Part shown: positions 27,092 to 36,837 of the stretch, piece after piece
Layout: every line of letters starts with the position of its first letter
How positions within the stretch are numbered: the first letter of the stretch is position 1
Source of the DNA: a virus
Length of the DNA: 64,000 nt
Strand: one strand, 5' to 3'
Virus record (IMG/VR): IMGVR_UViG_3300025322_000015
Span: 1-64,000 of that record
The notes under the pieces: generated by a model
Told to the model about the DNA's origin: nothing
The model's input: the letters and a program-made list of their open reading frames with translations, nothing else
Database searches by the model: none
Position numbers and translations under genes: made by a program

Positions 27092-28588
27092 TTACTCTTC
27101 TGAGATTCGAGTTCTCCTTCTTGCAGGTTTGTTCGACGATCCAGTATCCTCAGGATTGTTTTCTTCCGGAGGATTCAATATTGCTTCCGTCGCAGCTTGC
27201 GATGCTGCCATTGAGTTCTCGGCCATCATCGTCGGATCGATAACTCCGTCATATCTACTGACACCAAGGAGATCTCGAACATCATCGATAACAGGATCGT
27301 CTGGTGCGAGCACTGCTCCAGCTGTCGCCATATCGCGCAGAGCAGATGTCACCTGACCAACATCCTTGAACGATACATCTTCGGCAGAGAACCAGGGTTT
27401 GGACTCTTCTGGAAAACCATTTAGTGCCCAGGCGGCTTCGACCAAATCTGCATCATATGCTGCCGTGACGGTACTCAGAGTCGCATTCGCGATCAAATAC
27501 AGGTTTCTGCTCTTATCTACTGCTAAGGCTCGGTTGCCTCCCTGATCACCCATCATCAGATGTTCCGTGCCGATGATACGCGCCATCTCTCTTTGCAGTC
27601 TATCGATCGCAGTAGACAGCTCAGGCAAACCATTCGCAGTACCCTGGAGCAGATCCATGCCATACTGATAGACGGACGACACCTTAAAGCCATCAGCGGC
27701 TTCAGACTCATAAGGCATCGAGTCGAGAACGATACCTGTATTTGAATCCTTAACCTGCAACTCCACAAACTGGGTCATCTGCGCAATCGAGGTATCCATC
27801 TGATCTTTGGTGATAGTACCAGCCTTAACCAGTTCTTGTAGTTTTGCTATCGGCATCCGACCAATTGGAATACCGCGGAGGTCTCTTTCAAACGTCCTGG
27901 CTTCCAATGCAAGGTACTGCTTCAACCTGTTATGCGGCTCAAGCAAGTTGCGGAAGATGCCGAAACCTTCAGGTGAATCAGTAAACGTGTCGTCTACAAG
28001 GTAAACGAGTTTCGATCTCGGTATGCCCAGAAGGTTATTGCTCTGAGGTGACCGCTGCCATACACCGAGAACACTACCCTTCTCAGACACCTCCCAGCGC
28101 TCAACTGTATGCTGCATTCTCGGCTCGAGACTCTCGAAGCCAATCTTGCCGTCCATTCTCTTCTTTGCAGTCCACTCCTGTATTCCAAAGCCATGGAACA
28201 GATATGTCGCTGCTCGCCGGACAGAGGATTGAAAAGGTGTTGACATGTCATGGATGATGTCCTCCATGAACTCAGCATACATCTTATCGTCAGGTTTATC
28301 GCTTGCCGGCACCACAGTCCACTGCGGATGCGCAATCAGGTTTAGGAAGTATCTGACGCTCGCTGCGACAATCGAGATGTTCGACAGTATCTCAGAAGAG
28401 ATTGTATAGCGCTCTCTGCCATACCACTGAGCGCTTTTATCTTTCCTCTGTACGAACCCACCAAAGATGGCAGTACCTGATCCGCCCATCTCTTTGAACG
28501 GAGTAGCAGGAGGCACACCCCGACCTGGTGTATTAAATCCCCGGAAACGATTCAACGTCTCCTTATTCAATCGTACGCGCTCAACCAT
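27092..28588 (-). CDS. Portal protein (DUF935/Mu gp29-like)
   Basis: 498 aa following TerL; HGFGIQEW, GIPRSKLVY, PEGFGIFR, ERDLRGIP, DDPVIDDVRDLLG. Confidence 0.85.
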   Translation of the reverse strand: MVERVRLNKETLNRFRGFNTPGRGVPPATPFKEMGGSGTAIFGGFVQRKDKSAQWYGRERYTISSEILSNISIVAASVRYFLNLIAHPQWTVVPASDKPDDKMYAEFMEDIIHDMSTPFQSSVRRAATYLFHGFGIQEWTAKKRMDGKIGFESLEPRMQHTVERWEVSEKGSVLGVWQRSPQSNNLLGIPRSKLVYLVDDTFTDSPEGFGIFRNLLEPHNRLKQYLALEARTFERDLRGIPIGRMPIAKLQELVKAGTITKDQMDTSIAQMTQFVELQVKDSNTGIVLDSMPYESEAADGFKVSSVYQYGMDLLQGTANGLPELSTAIDRLQREMARIIGTEHLMMGDQGGNRALAVDKSRNLYLIANATLSTVTAAYDADLVEAAWALNGFPEESKPWFSAEDVSFKDVGQVTSALRDMATAGAVLAPDDPVIDDVRDLLGVSRYDGVIDPTMMAENSMAASQAATEAILNPPEENNPEDTGSSNKPARRRTRISEE

Positions 28589-28611
28589 CGATTCGATACT
28601 CCTTACTTCTT

Positions 28612-30417
28612 TTATCGGTTTCTAACTATCACCATACCAAGGCTGGCGATCATTCTATCTCTCTTCTTCGCTGGCCAAAACGCCATCATGCACGAATCAC
28701 CTAAGTTCGGCGATTTCGAATTCTCTGGTGTCTTCTTAACCATCATCTTCAAGGTGCCGCTCTTGGCGAATATCGGCTGGCTCAACTCTTTCATTAACTT
28801 CTGAAGTAGTTTAGCTGGCAAGGTCGAAGGCAGCGATATCAACATATCAGGAGTCCATACGAAACCTTCTTCATATATCGCCTTATACGTGTTCTCGAAT
28901 CTTCTTGCGAGCTCCCACCAAGCCTGTGCTTTGATGTTCTGAAAGAAGTCTCTATTCTTAGGTGACCGCTTATCTACGTCGTCTTTAACTACACGGTCTA
29001 GCGGATTGAGAACTGCTCCACCTGCTGCCCAAGGTGAGATGCTCCAATGCTTCGGTATCTTACCTTTTTCGTTTAGGCGATTGGTTTCAGCTTTCACACC
29101 AGCACCAACCCCAATGCAGTCATACTCGAACTCGAGGAAATCTTCTTCCGGGACAATCGTCTTGCAATTCGATACACTACGTCTTGCAGTCAATCCTGTA
29201 TCCCGATCTCCCCACTCATCTATGAATCGGACGACAGAACCTTTCCGAATGGTTTGAGCGTTCTCATCCTGCCCCTCGTCACCAACGTCAAGTCCTGATG
29301 CCCAACCGCCGCTGTCATCAAAGCCGAGTCGAAGGTGCGCGTCAAGTGCTGCCTTAACATGATCTGGTGAGATAATGACACCTTCGACAGATGCGGCGGA
29401 ATCTCTATCAACCTCTCTTGCGAATACGTGACTGAGACCATCTGACTTGGCTTTGGCTTTTCTCTGCTGATACCACTCTTTAGTCTTTTCAGGATGATGC
29501 GACCAATCCATGACAAAGACGTTCGTCTTGCCATTCTGAATCTGATCACCTGGTGCCCATTCAATTCCGGTATCTCGCTTGCGGTAGAAGATTGTAGTCG
29601 TGTCGCCAACTGAGGAGATATCAATCTGGCAACGCGTATTATCCATAAGCGCCGCTTCGATTGATTCCGCTTTATCGTAATGGGCTGACTCATCCTTAAA
29701 ATAACAAAGGGTTCTGCCACCACGTCCGATCTGATCGCCAATTTCCCCGATAATACTTGATCCATTAGCAGGGTTTGTAATCCGCATGAAGTGGGCATTG
29801 CCATCGAACGTAAATCCCTTGGGTAACAAGAATGGTGGGAACAATCTTAAGATCATTCTCATCTTCTCAAAGATGCTACTCGGATCACCTATCCGATCTA
29901 CTAGCTCCTGTTTCCTACTGCCCCAGCCTATTGCCGAACCATCCTTAAATAACCACAACCATATGCTTATCGCGCAGCAAGCCCAAGTAGCGCCCATATC
30001 ACGGCTTTTCTCTACTAAGCCGTCTGCCTCTTTATTTATGCACGCAAGTATGAACTGTACAAACTCATCTTGCCTGGTGAACATAATGAATGGCATCTTA
30101 GCAGTCTTACCCTGCGATATCATTCTGGGGTCGTATGTAGTACACCAGTCATTAATAAAGTCTATCGCACCAGTCTTATTATTCTTGTAGTGATCTAATG
30201 CAGCTTCAGCCAACTCAGGATCTAATGCAAATCTTTCTAACTGCTGTTGTCTCCATGCCTTGATCAAATCATAGTTAGGTGGCCATTCATTCAGCTGTAA
30301 GGTCGAGGGTGCGGGAATAGTTTTTAACTGGCTTCTTATCTTTGTTATTCTCACCTTCTCGGCTATCTCCTCTTCCGAGGAGTTTACCGAATACCTTTTC
30401 AAAGGTTGCGAGTTCAT
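28612..30417 (-). CDS. terL: Terminase large subunit (true start possibly GTG at 30354)
   Basis: TYDPR, VEKSRDMGATW (Walker A variant), GRGGR, FKDESAH (Walker B), GLDVGDEGQD nuclease motif, KSPNLGDS. Confidence 0.95.
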   Translation of the reverse strand: MNSQPLKRYSVNSSEEEIAEKVRITKIRSQLKTIPAPSTLQLNEWPPNYDLIKAWRQQQLERFALDPELAEAALDHYKNNKTGAIDFINDWCTTYDPRMISQGKTAKMPFIMFTRQDEFVQFILACINKEADGLVEKSRDMGATWACCAISIWLWLFKDGSAIGWGSRKQELVDRIGDPSSIFEKMRMILRLFPPFLLPKGFTFDGNAHFMRITNPANGSSIIGEIGDQIGRGGRTLCYFKDESAHYDKAESIEAALMDNTRCQIDISSVGDTTTIFYRKRDTGIEWAPGDQIQNGKTNVFVMDWSHHPEKTKEWYQQRKAKAKSDGLSHVFAREVDRDSAASVEGVIISPDHVKAALDAHLRLGFDDSGGWASGLDVGDEGQDENAQTIRKGSVVRFIDEWGDRDTGLTARRSVSNCKTIVPEEDFLEFEYDCIGVGAGVKAETNRLNEKGKIPKHWSISPWAAGGAVLNPLDRVVKDDVDKRSPKNRDFFQNIKAQAWWELARRFENTYKAIYEEGFVWTPDMLISLPSTLPAKLLQKLMKELSQPIFAKSGTLKMMVKKTPENSKSPNLGDSCMMAFWPAKKRDRMIASLGMVIVRNR

Positions 30418-30748
30418 CTGGACTTAAACTTTCTAAGGCTTCTGCGTTAAACACCATCTGCTGAGTAGGTACCGGATCGACATCTTCTTTCACAGCTAAC
30501 GAACCCAACTTCGGTACAAAGTATTGTGCGCACGCCTTTGCACAATCTATACGCTCTTCCATAGTAGGGCGATGATTATCTATCATCTCTCCCCTACTTA
30601 TCCTCAATAGAAACAAGTGCGGCATCTCACCTGTTTGAAAAGCGTATTCACGTGCTGCCTTAGCAGTCCATACAATAGGAACCGTAACCGGTACCTCTGT
30701 CACCTTAGGTGTTTTTGGCCTATCATTCAACCTTACTCGCTCAACCAT
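30287..30748 (-). CDS. terS: Terminase small subunit (putative)
   Basis: Upstream of and overlapping terL; ERIDCAKACAQYFVPKL helical motif. Confidence 0.7.
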   Translation of the reverse strand: MVERVRLNDRPKTPKVTEVPVTVPIVWTAKAAREYAFQTGEMPHLFLLRISRGEMIDNHRPTMEERIDCAKACAQYFVPKLGSLAVKEDVDPVPTQQMVFNAEALESLSPDELATFEKVFGKLLGRGDSREGENNKDKKPVKNYSRTLDLTAE

Positions 30749-30878
30749 GGTCCTTCTTTCTATTACTTGCTTTCTTTAACTCAACCCGTTATCTTCCGTC
30801 GTGTACTTTCTTGCTCATACAAATAATCGTCTAGGTTATACTTGTATGGTTCGTAACATCTTGTGTTCAGGAAAACCT

Positions 30879-31460
30879 TTACTTCAAATAAAGCATTGCC
30901 TTCTTAATATACTCTGCTCTATCTTCTGGGGTCGTATTCGGTAACAACCAATACTGGATATTAAACTGATGTAATAGGCCGAGCATCAAGGTCGAGCAGG
31001 CTACCCTGTACGCCTTATTACTCTGCCTAAATCCATCCTCATTTGCCTTTTCCCAATCATACATCGGGAAGAAGAAGATTAGGTTATATCGCTGCGTATA
31101 CAGGCGTACTAGGTTTTCTACATTCTCATAATCATCATCGCTGATATGCGATCCACAACGATAAAGACAATAAGCCATATGATCAATTGGTGTCCGATCG
31201 AAGATGCCTGTACTGCATGCTGCATCTTGTGCGCACTTCTCTGCTAAGATTTCTCTCTGCAGATACCATTGATGTTCTGCTGACATGTTTAATTGGGTGG
31301 ATTCATCAGGAACATCCAACCTCTTATATACTTCTCTAACTATCGAGGGTCGGAAGGTTTCTTTGATCTCCTCATCTTTTGCCATCAGGTTTGCTACCGA
31401 TGTCTTTCCTGTTCCGCCGGCACCAACAAAACCTACCTTGAGTAATCTACGCTCTTTCAT
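30879..31460 (-). CDS. P-loop nucleotide kinase-like ATPase (AAA_28/NadR-type)
   Basis: GAGGTGKTS Walker A; IFDRTPIDHMAY; EDGFR; adjacent to dcd and thyX. Confidence 0.8.
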   Translation of the reverse strand: MKERRLLKVGFVGAGGTGKTSVANLMAKDEEIKETFRPSIVREVYKRLDVPDESTQLNMSAEHQWYLQREILAEKCAQDAACSTGIFDRTPIDHMAYCLYRCGSHISDDDYENVENLVRLYTQRYNLIFFFPMYDWEKANEDGFRQSNKAYRVACSTLMLGLLHQFNIQYWLLPNTTPEDRAEYIKKAMLYLK

Positions 31461-31461
31461 C

Positions 31462-31947
31462 TTATTCTGCCTCTCTTATCAACCTGGCTTGTTGCGGTCC
31501 CGGATCCTGATTCTGGTATCGACCCTCGTAAACCTGATCGGTGGCTTGTACGAGCATATGAAATACAATCTGCGCGATAGGAGTGCCGCGCCGGATCATT
31601 ATCACTTGGTCGCTACAGTTGCTCAGCTCTAGCGTCAAATATCCTGACCAGCCTGGTTCGATAACTGTATTCTGAACGACGAGGCCTTGTCTTGCCCATG
31701 TCGACTTGTCATGTACTATCGCCATGAGATCATTCGGCATCGTAAATCTTTCGATTGTCGATGCGAGTTGGAAGGATCCACGATAAGATGTTGGGCTTAC
31801 CGTAACATCTTGATCGATTCTGACGTCGTATCCAGCTGGGGACAATCCGTACGTCAACCCTTCTGCTGTAGAACGCTCGCTGAACGGCGATATCAGCGGT
31901 GGGTTAGATAAACACCGTACACGGATATGCTGCGCAGGTAAAATCAT
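31462..31947 (-). CDS. dcd: dCTP deaminase / dUTPase-family protein
   Basis: YGLSPAGYDVR, DKSTWARQG, IEPGWSGYLTLEL, PIAQIVF, YEGRYQNQ. Confidence 0.9.
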   Translation of the reverse strand: MILPAQHIRVRCLSNPPLISPFSERSTAEGLTYGLSPAGYDVRIDQDVTVSPTSYRGSFQLASTIERFTMPNDLMAIVHDKSTWARQGLVVQNTVIEPGWSGYLTLELSNCSDQVIMIRRGTPIAQIVFHMLVQATDQVYEGRYQNQDPGPQQARLIREAE

Positions 31948-31958
31948 CTGCTATTCCT

Positions 31959-32864
31959 TTAGTTGGTAGTTAAACCACCATTGCCATTAACTACTGGAGC
32001 CTGTGTGTATTCGTGTAGTGCCTCAGTTGGATACAACTTCCGATGCTGTATCCAACCATGAAAGTTACCCCACAAATGTCGTCCCTGCTCGAACGGATCA
32101 GGAGTTGCTTGATGTTCCATTGGTGAGGCGTGCAACGGATCACCTGTTGTCAAGCGCAATCCTAATTTGTAGTCATCTTCGCATGACCGCCTACTGTGAT
32201 TGAATAGGGTGTAGGATACTCGGGCGCATCGCGCAGTCGAGATTAGCCTGAGTTTCATACTGAGTTGTTTGATATCGGTCAATACAAATTCATCGGAGTA
32301 ATCGTCAGATACAATAAACGGAAGGTGCCAACCGTCAATGCCTATGCGTCTCGGTCTGCTCAAATTGTACCAATGCAACATCTTCTCAGCGAGATCTTTG
32401 AACTCTGGTTGAGCATCCTTGTGCGCTCTTAAGTGAAAGAAGTTTGCCCACTGCGTTGATGTTACAAGAACAGTGATGTGGGCATGCGATTCGAGTAGGC
32501 GGTTGGCGAGCTGTTTGTGCAGCCCCAGCTTGTTTAACAGATAGACGCACGCGAGGCTGTACCAGCGATGTATAAACCACACGAACTTGACAGCGCGAAG
32601 ACGCCAACCTGTGACTTGCGTGTAGGCCTGCATACCCGTCTGATGCTTGCCCCAGAAGACTGGAAGAGCGGGAGTCTCGACAATCGACTCCAACATCTTC
32701 TTGATCGGGATCGCTCGACTTGATGCGCTATTCCTCGAGAACACTCGATGAGTCATCAGCTCAGCGTGAATGAATCTCGGGTACGTCAACAGGAAAGTAG
32801 TAATCCGAACATCTGCTTCGGATATGCTGTCGGCGATTATCTCAGCTTGTATCATCTCTACCAC
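31959..32864 (-). CDS. thyX: FAD-dependent thymidylate synthase
   Basis: ELMTHRVFSRNSASSRAIP, HKQLANRLLE, FFHLR.HKDAQPE, HASPMEH. Confidence 0.92.
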   Translation of the reverse strand: MVEMIQAEIIADSISEADVRITTFLLTYPRFIHAELMTHRVFSRNSASSRAIPIKKMLESIVETPALPVFWGKHQTGMQAYTQVTGWRLRAVKFVWFIHRWYSLACVYLLNKLGLHKQLANRLLESHAHITVLVTSTQWANFFHLRAHKDAQPEFKDLAEKMLHWYNLSRPRRIGIDGWHLPFIVSDDYSDEFVLTDIKQLSMKLRLISTARCARVSYTLFNHSRRSCEDDYKLGLRLTTGDPLHASPMEHQATPDPFEQGRHLWGNFHGWIQHRKLYPTEALHEYTQAPVVNGNGGLTTN

Positions 32865-33430
32865 CCAAACAAGAATGTTCTATTGCTTACTGCGATCTGT
32901 TTCATATCCAAATGAAGTAGATGTGTACTTGCATACCGATGCGGATCCATATCTTCATTGAGAAGAACAATCGGCTTGCACTTCTTTATCGTCTCTGTTG
33001 CCCCCTTGACGACTCTGTATTCGTTACCGTTGGTGTTTATCTTGATAAAATTAACATCAGGAAGTCTCAAAGTATCAATTGTTGTAATATCAACAACTTC
33101 TTGCATTCCTACAGCGCTGGGACCTGTACGCCAACCACGAGCTGGGAACAGAAGATCTTTGCAATGCATAACTGCTTTGCCCGCTCTGGAACCTAAAGCC
33201 TCTTGTCGAACAGTCACGTTAACAAGATGGGCTTCCTTGATTCGCTGTTCGAGTTTCTTGAAGTTGCTACCAATCGGTTCGAAAGCCATCACAAACTCGA
33301 AGCGTCTTGACAGATGTGTCGTGCATTCCCCGACATAGGCACCAACGTCAATTGCCGTCTTCTTTGCACTACAGGCATCAACACCTGATAGCAGAAAATC
33401 TATCGCATCTGGAACATCGATTATTGCCAT
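32858..33430 (-). CDS. FkbM-family methyltransferase (divergent)
   Basis: AIDVGAYVG, MAFEP, FIKINTNGNE (in place of KIDVEG.E), KPIVL. Confidence 0.8.
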   Translation of the reverse strand: MAIIDVPDAIDFLLSGVDACSAKKTAIDVGAYVGECTTHLSRRFEFVMAFEPIGSNFKKLEQRIKEAHLVNVTVRQEALGSRAGKAVMHCKDLLFPARGWRTGPSAVGMQEVVDITTIDTLRLPDVNFIKINTNGNEYRVVKGATETIKKCKPIVLLNEDMDPHRYASTHLLHLDMKQIAVSNRTFLFGW

Positions 33431-33457
33431 TGCTTACTTCCTAGTCCCGATTAAAGT

Positions 33458-33622
33458 TTACGAGGTCGGCCAGGCTGCGAGAACAGTCTTCCGCTTGCGC
33501 CGCATGATGTTACGAATCAGAGCGGCCCGCGCTGTCCCTGTACTCTCGTTCGGAAGCAACCGAACCAACTTCGTCGTGGCGCCCTGACGAATCAACGCGC
33601 GAATTGTATTGTTCAACAACAT
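33458..33622 (-). CDS. Small basic protein (54 aa; not in ORF track)
   Basis: GGAGA Shine-Dalgarno site; MLLNNTIRALIRQGATTKLVRLLPNESTGTARAALIRNIMRRKRKTVLAAWPTS*. Confidence 0.5.
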   Translation of the reverse strand: MLLNNTIRALIRQGATTKLVRLLPNESTGTARAALIRNIMRRKRKTVLAAWPTS

Positions 33623-33664
33623 CTGCACTTCTCCTTTTCAGCTACTACTTCAGTACAACTACGA

Positions 33665-34030
33665 CTACTCCACCTCCCTAAACAACAAACAGATTTTAGA
33701 GGAAATCGTGGCCGAGGGAAACTCCACAACAATGGGCCAATACCAACGCATGGGCGGAGGCATGGGATTAGGTGTATTCGCATAAGGAATCAAAATCTGT
33801 CCAGGAATAGCTAGAGCCAACGCTACTCCCGCAGTCGGAGCTTGTGAATAGTTGCTTACCAAAAGTTCGCACTGCACGCCGTCATTCGATAACGCGTGAA
33901 TACTTAGAAGCTCACAATCCTCCACCTCGAACGGCGCTCCAGTCTGCACACCTGATTGAGTAGGATCAAGTTCCCACTCAACGGTAAACAACTTATTGCC
34001 CAACTCAAACTTTGTATAAGGAATTGTCAT
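33665..34030 (-). CDS. Hypothetical beta-rich protein
   Basis: 121 aa; GAGGAG Shine-Dalgarno site. Confidence 0.6.
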   Translation of the reverse strand: MTIPYTKFELGNKLFTVEWELDPTQSGVQTGAPFEVEDCELLSIHALSNDGVQCELLVSNYSQAPTAGVALALAIPGQILIPYANTPNPMPPPMRWYWPIVVEFPSATISSKICLLFREVE

Positions 34031-34048
34031 ACGTCGTTCTCCTCGTCT

Positions 34049-34708
34049 TTACCAAGCGAATAGGTAATCATGTTTTCTACTACGCCAAACATTACGCATA
34101 CCTAAGTCCAACAGTAGTTTAGTAGCGCGCTTCTTCGGGTCTAATTTCTCCTCAATAATTACTACGGGTTTAAACTTCAATAAAGTAGAAGATGCTCCTT
34201 GCAGCACCCAGCATTCATGACCCTCAACATCAAGTTTTAGCAAATCCAAAGCTTGAACACCGTAACTATCTAGAGATCGAGTTAGGGTAGGAAGTGTATT
34301 AATAACTTGATGTCGACCATACGTATCAAATCTATGGCCGTATTCCTTACCGATATCTAAAAGAACTCCGGTACCTGAGGTCTCACTAAGGGCTGTTGTT
34401 TCAATCTCCCAAGAGTGTCGCTTCGGTCGTTGAATAAACTCCATATTCTTTTTGTAACAACTAACATTCTGCTCAATCGGTTCAAAAGCCAGAACATGTT
34501 TAAAATGCTGAATCAAATGCATCGACCAAGTTCCAACGTAAGCCCCGCCATCAATAGCAAAACTCCGCCGAGACGGATCCAGAAACGCTAGGCACGCCTT
34601 AACTTCAGGTTCACAATACGAGGGCAAACCTCTTTTCGTGATACCCTTAAAAAAGGAGTTACCGTAGATTTCCCCAGGAACCCAAAAACCGGAAGGCAAC
34701 TGTTTCAT
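34049..34708 (-). CDS. FkbM-family methyltransferase
   Basis: AIDGGAYVGTWS, LAFEP, LDLLKLDVEGHE, KPVVIIEEK. Confidence 0.9.
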   Translation of the reverse strand: MKQLPSGFWVPGEIYGNSFFKGITKRGLPSYCEPEVKACLAFLDPSRRSFAIDGGAYVGTWSMHLIQHFKHVLAFEPIEQNVSCYKKNMEFIQRPKRHSWEIETTALSETSGTGVLLDIGKEYGHRFDTYGRHQVINTLPTLTRSLDSYGVQALDLLKLDVEGHECWVLQGASSTLLKFKPVVIIEEKLDPKKRATKLLLDLGMRNVWRSRKHDYLFAW

Positions 34709-34714
34709 GATGTA

Positions 34715-35245
34715 CTACACCTTCCTAAGCCACAACCTTAGACTCTTCTTACCTATATTTTGTCTTACAACACTCCATGGTAATCTATTGATTTCACGCA
34801 CCCACCACTCACCTGATTTTAGTGTGATGTGTGCGTTTCTCCCATCAGGTAGATTTCGTTTAGCTTTCGTGAGAGCTATGCAGAAATACGCGCCCACCTG
34901 AGTGAGTTCACAAATCTTGGCTAAGGTAGCAGGTACAAACTGCTCTTCGACGTGTTCCATCACATCGGTGCAAACCACAAATTGCATAGCAGTAGGAAGA
35001 TCTGCATACTCAATAATTCCTGGGTCGTACCCAACAACGTCAATCTCTGGATAAAGTTCAGCGAGATGTTGTTTTATTGTACCGCGCCCACATCCGTAAT
35101 CGAGAATGTTAGTACACCCTAATTTACGACAATACGGCAAGAACTCCTCGATGTATCGATAGCCTTTAGTTCCCCAAGGAGCAGCATCATGCATATCCTC
35201 ACAGAGTTTCCGATACTCATTTGAAATCAGTTGCATCATACCCAC
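34715..35245 (-). CDS. Class I SAM-dependent methyltransferase (paralog of 16353-16892)
   Basis: ILDYGCGRG, YDPG, VVCTDVMEHV, AHITLKSGEWW. Confidence 0.9.
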   Translation of the reverse strand: MGMMQLISNEYRKLCEDMHDAAPWGTKGYRYIEEFLPYCRKLGCTNILDYGCGRGTIKQHLAELYPEIDVVGYDPGIIEYADLPTAMQFVVCTDVMEHVEEQFVPATLAKICELTQVGAYFCIALTKAKRNLPDGRNAHITLKSGEWWVREINRLPWSVVRQNIGKKSLRLWLRKV

Positions 35246-35246
35246 C

Positions 35247-35888
35247 CTATCGAACGAAAATGAATCGTGAACACTTCTCCGAAAACGATGGAAGCTCCTG
35301 GTCTACAAGGAATCCGGCCTCCAGCATCTTTTCTTTTCCATTCGTATTCCTGCGGATATCAAGAATAACGCTGCCGGTTGTACTCAGGATTGCCTTTGCC
35401 TGTTCCACATACATCTCAACAGGGAAGTGATGTCCCCATGCCCGAGTTGAGATGATCAGATCAACCTTGATGTCCGTTGGAAAAGAAGTGTGCGCAAATG
35501 ATTGAACACCACCCTGAACATTTGGAACGTTTGCAGCGACGACACCATGCCCGATCTCAACGTTGTACCAAGGTCTCGACTTGGGATCGAATGAGTGACT
35601 TTGCTTACCAGTACCGTCACCGTCGAGAAGGTGTATTGTGTGTACACCGCCAAACCTTGCAAGTAGCACATCAATAACAGCGAAGCCGCAGCCAACATCG
35701 AGCACGGATGTTGGTCTGAAATACTCGAAATACTCCTTCATTGACGCGTATCGAACGCTAATCCGATCAACGTGGTCAACAAGGTAGTTGGTGATCGACT
35801 GCGCAGTCCTGCCGAGTCCGCAGTAGGCATAGACGTTAGGCGGGAAGATAATCGTTCCGGAATCTTTTGAGTGGACAGTGATTTCCAT
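35247..35888 (-). CDS. Class I SAM-dependent methyltransferase (paralog of 5094-5723)
   Basis: VLDVGCGF, LLDGDG, DLIISTRAWGHHFP, GSVILDIR. Confidence 0.85.
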   Translation of the reverse strand: MEITVHSKDSGTIIFPPNVYAYCGLGRTAQSITNYLVDHVDRISVRYASMKEYFEYFRPTSVLDVGCGFAVIDVLLARFGGVHTIHLLDGDGTGKQSHSFDPKSRPWYNVEIGHGVVAANVPNVQGGVQSFAHTSFPTDIKVDLIISTRAWGHHFPVEMYVEQAKAILSTTGSVILDIRRNTNGKEKMLEAGFLVDQELPSFSEKCSRFIFVR

Positions 35889-35909
35889 CGTACTTTCTCA
35901 GGATTACTG

Positions 35910-36008
35910 TTAGAAAATCAGCAGGCCTAGGACGAACCCAATACCGAGCAGCACGATCGCGTAAAAGATAACAACCGTGCCGATGCCGTCGAACATCCCG
36001 CCAGTCAT
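35910..36008 (-). CDS. 32-aa single-transmembrane peptide after the endolysin (not in ORF track)
   Basis: MTGGMFDGIGTVVIFYAIVLLGIGFVLGLLIF*; start overlaps the endolysin stop. Confidence 0.45.
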   Translation of the reverse strand: MTGGMFDGIGTVVIFYAIVLLGIGFVLGLLIF

Positions 36009-36805
36009 AGATTTGCCGCCTGTATGTGCATCCAGTCATAATTGCGTTCGCGTCCGAGCGAGATCCAACCTTCCTCTTCCCACATCTCCCACCACTTCAT
36101 AGCAGATGGCTTCGCGAGGTTCGCGCGATCGCGTCCCCAACGCAACTGGTTCCTTTCGGGATCAAAATCAATCGCAATTCCGTAGTTATGCGTCGAAGGA
36201 GATGATTTGCTACCCCGCTTAAACCTTGGTGGATTTGCAATGCAGCCTCCGAACAGATCAAGCCCGAGTCGTTTCAAGGCTGGCAAGCCGTAGTGCGCAA
36301 GTGCCTTTGTAAGAACACGATGAGCTGAGTCTGCACATTTCCCGTGGATCGTGATTTTAGTGACCACCTCATCGAGATCCCAGGCGATCTTCATCGGGTA
36401 GGGCAGGTCCATCATAATGAGTCCGGTTCCTGCTTTCCCGTAGAACTTCTCGACATCTTTCTCGCGAGGCCAGGAACTCATGCCGATCGCCTTGACGACC
36501 TTCTTTGAAACCTCGACATCGCGAATGAGATTCTGCCACTGCTCAAGCGCATTGCGCGTGCCTGGGCCGACGAGTCCGTCGATGGTTCCTGGGGCTGCTC
36601 CAGCGTCCTTGAACATCAGCTGTTGCACGGCGATAGATTTCCGCCCTTCCGACCATCCCTCCGTTTTTATTTTCCTCTTTATAAGAAATAAAGTTAACGT
36701 ATCAGATGGTGAATCTACTCCGGGGACGGAAACAGAAACCCCTTGACCGAGAAGATAGCGATCAATCTCTTTCTCACTAACGAGCATTACATCTTCCTTA
36801 GCCAT
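36005..36805 (-). CDS. Endolysin: peptidoglycan-binding domain plus M15-family peptidase
   Basis: DGLVGPGTRNAL PG-binding motif; SPSTHNYGIAIDF (SxHxxGxAxD) and DWMHIQ. Confidence 0.9.
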   Translation of the reverse strand: MAKEDVMLVSEKEIDRYLLGQGVSVSVPGVDSPSDTLTLFLIKRKIKTEGWSEGRKSIAVQQLMFKDAGAAPGTIDGLVGPGTRNALEQWQNLIRDVEVSKKVVKAIGMSSWPREKDVEKFYGKAGTGLIMMDLPYPMKIAWDLDEVVTKITIHGKCADSAHRVLTKALAHYGLPALKRLGLDLFGGCIANPPRFKRGSKSSPSTHNYGIAIDFDPERNQLRWGRDRANLAKPSAMKWWEMWEEEGWISLGRERNYDWMHIQAANL

Positions 36806-36837
36806 ACATCTTCTCCTATTGCTTTTCTTTCGTCGAG

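Noticed and set aside
32858-35888. Methyltransferases as DNA (restriction-evading) methylases
   Set aside because: No DPPY/NPPY or PCQ catalytic motifs and no target-recognition domains; sizes and motifs fit small-molecule or sugar MTases.
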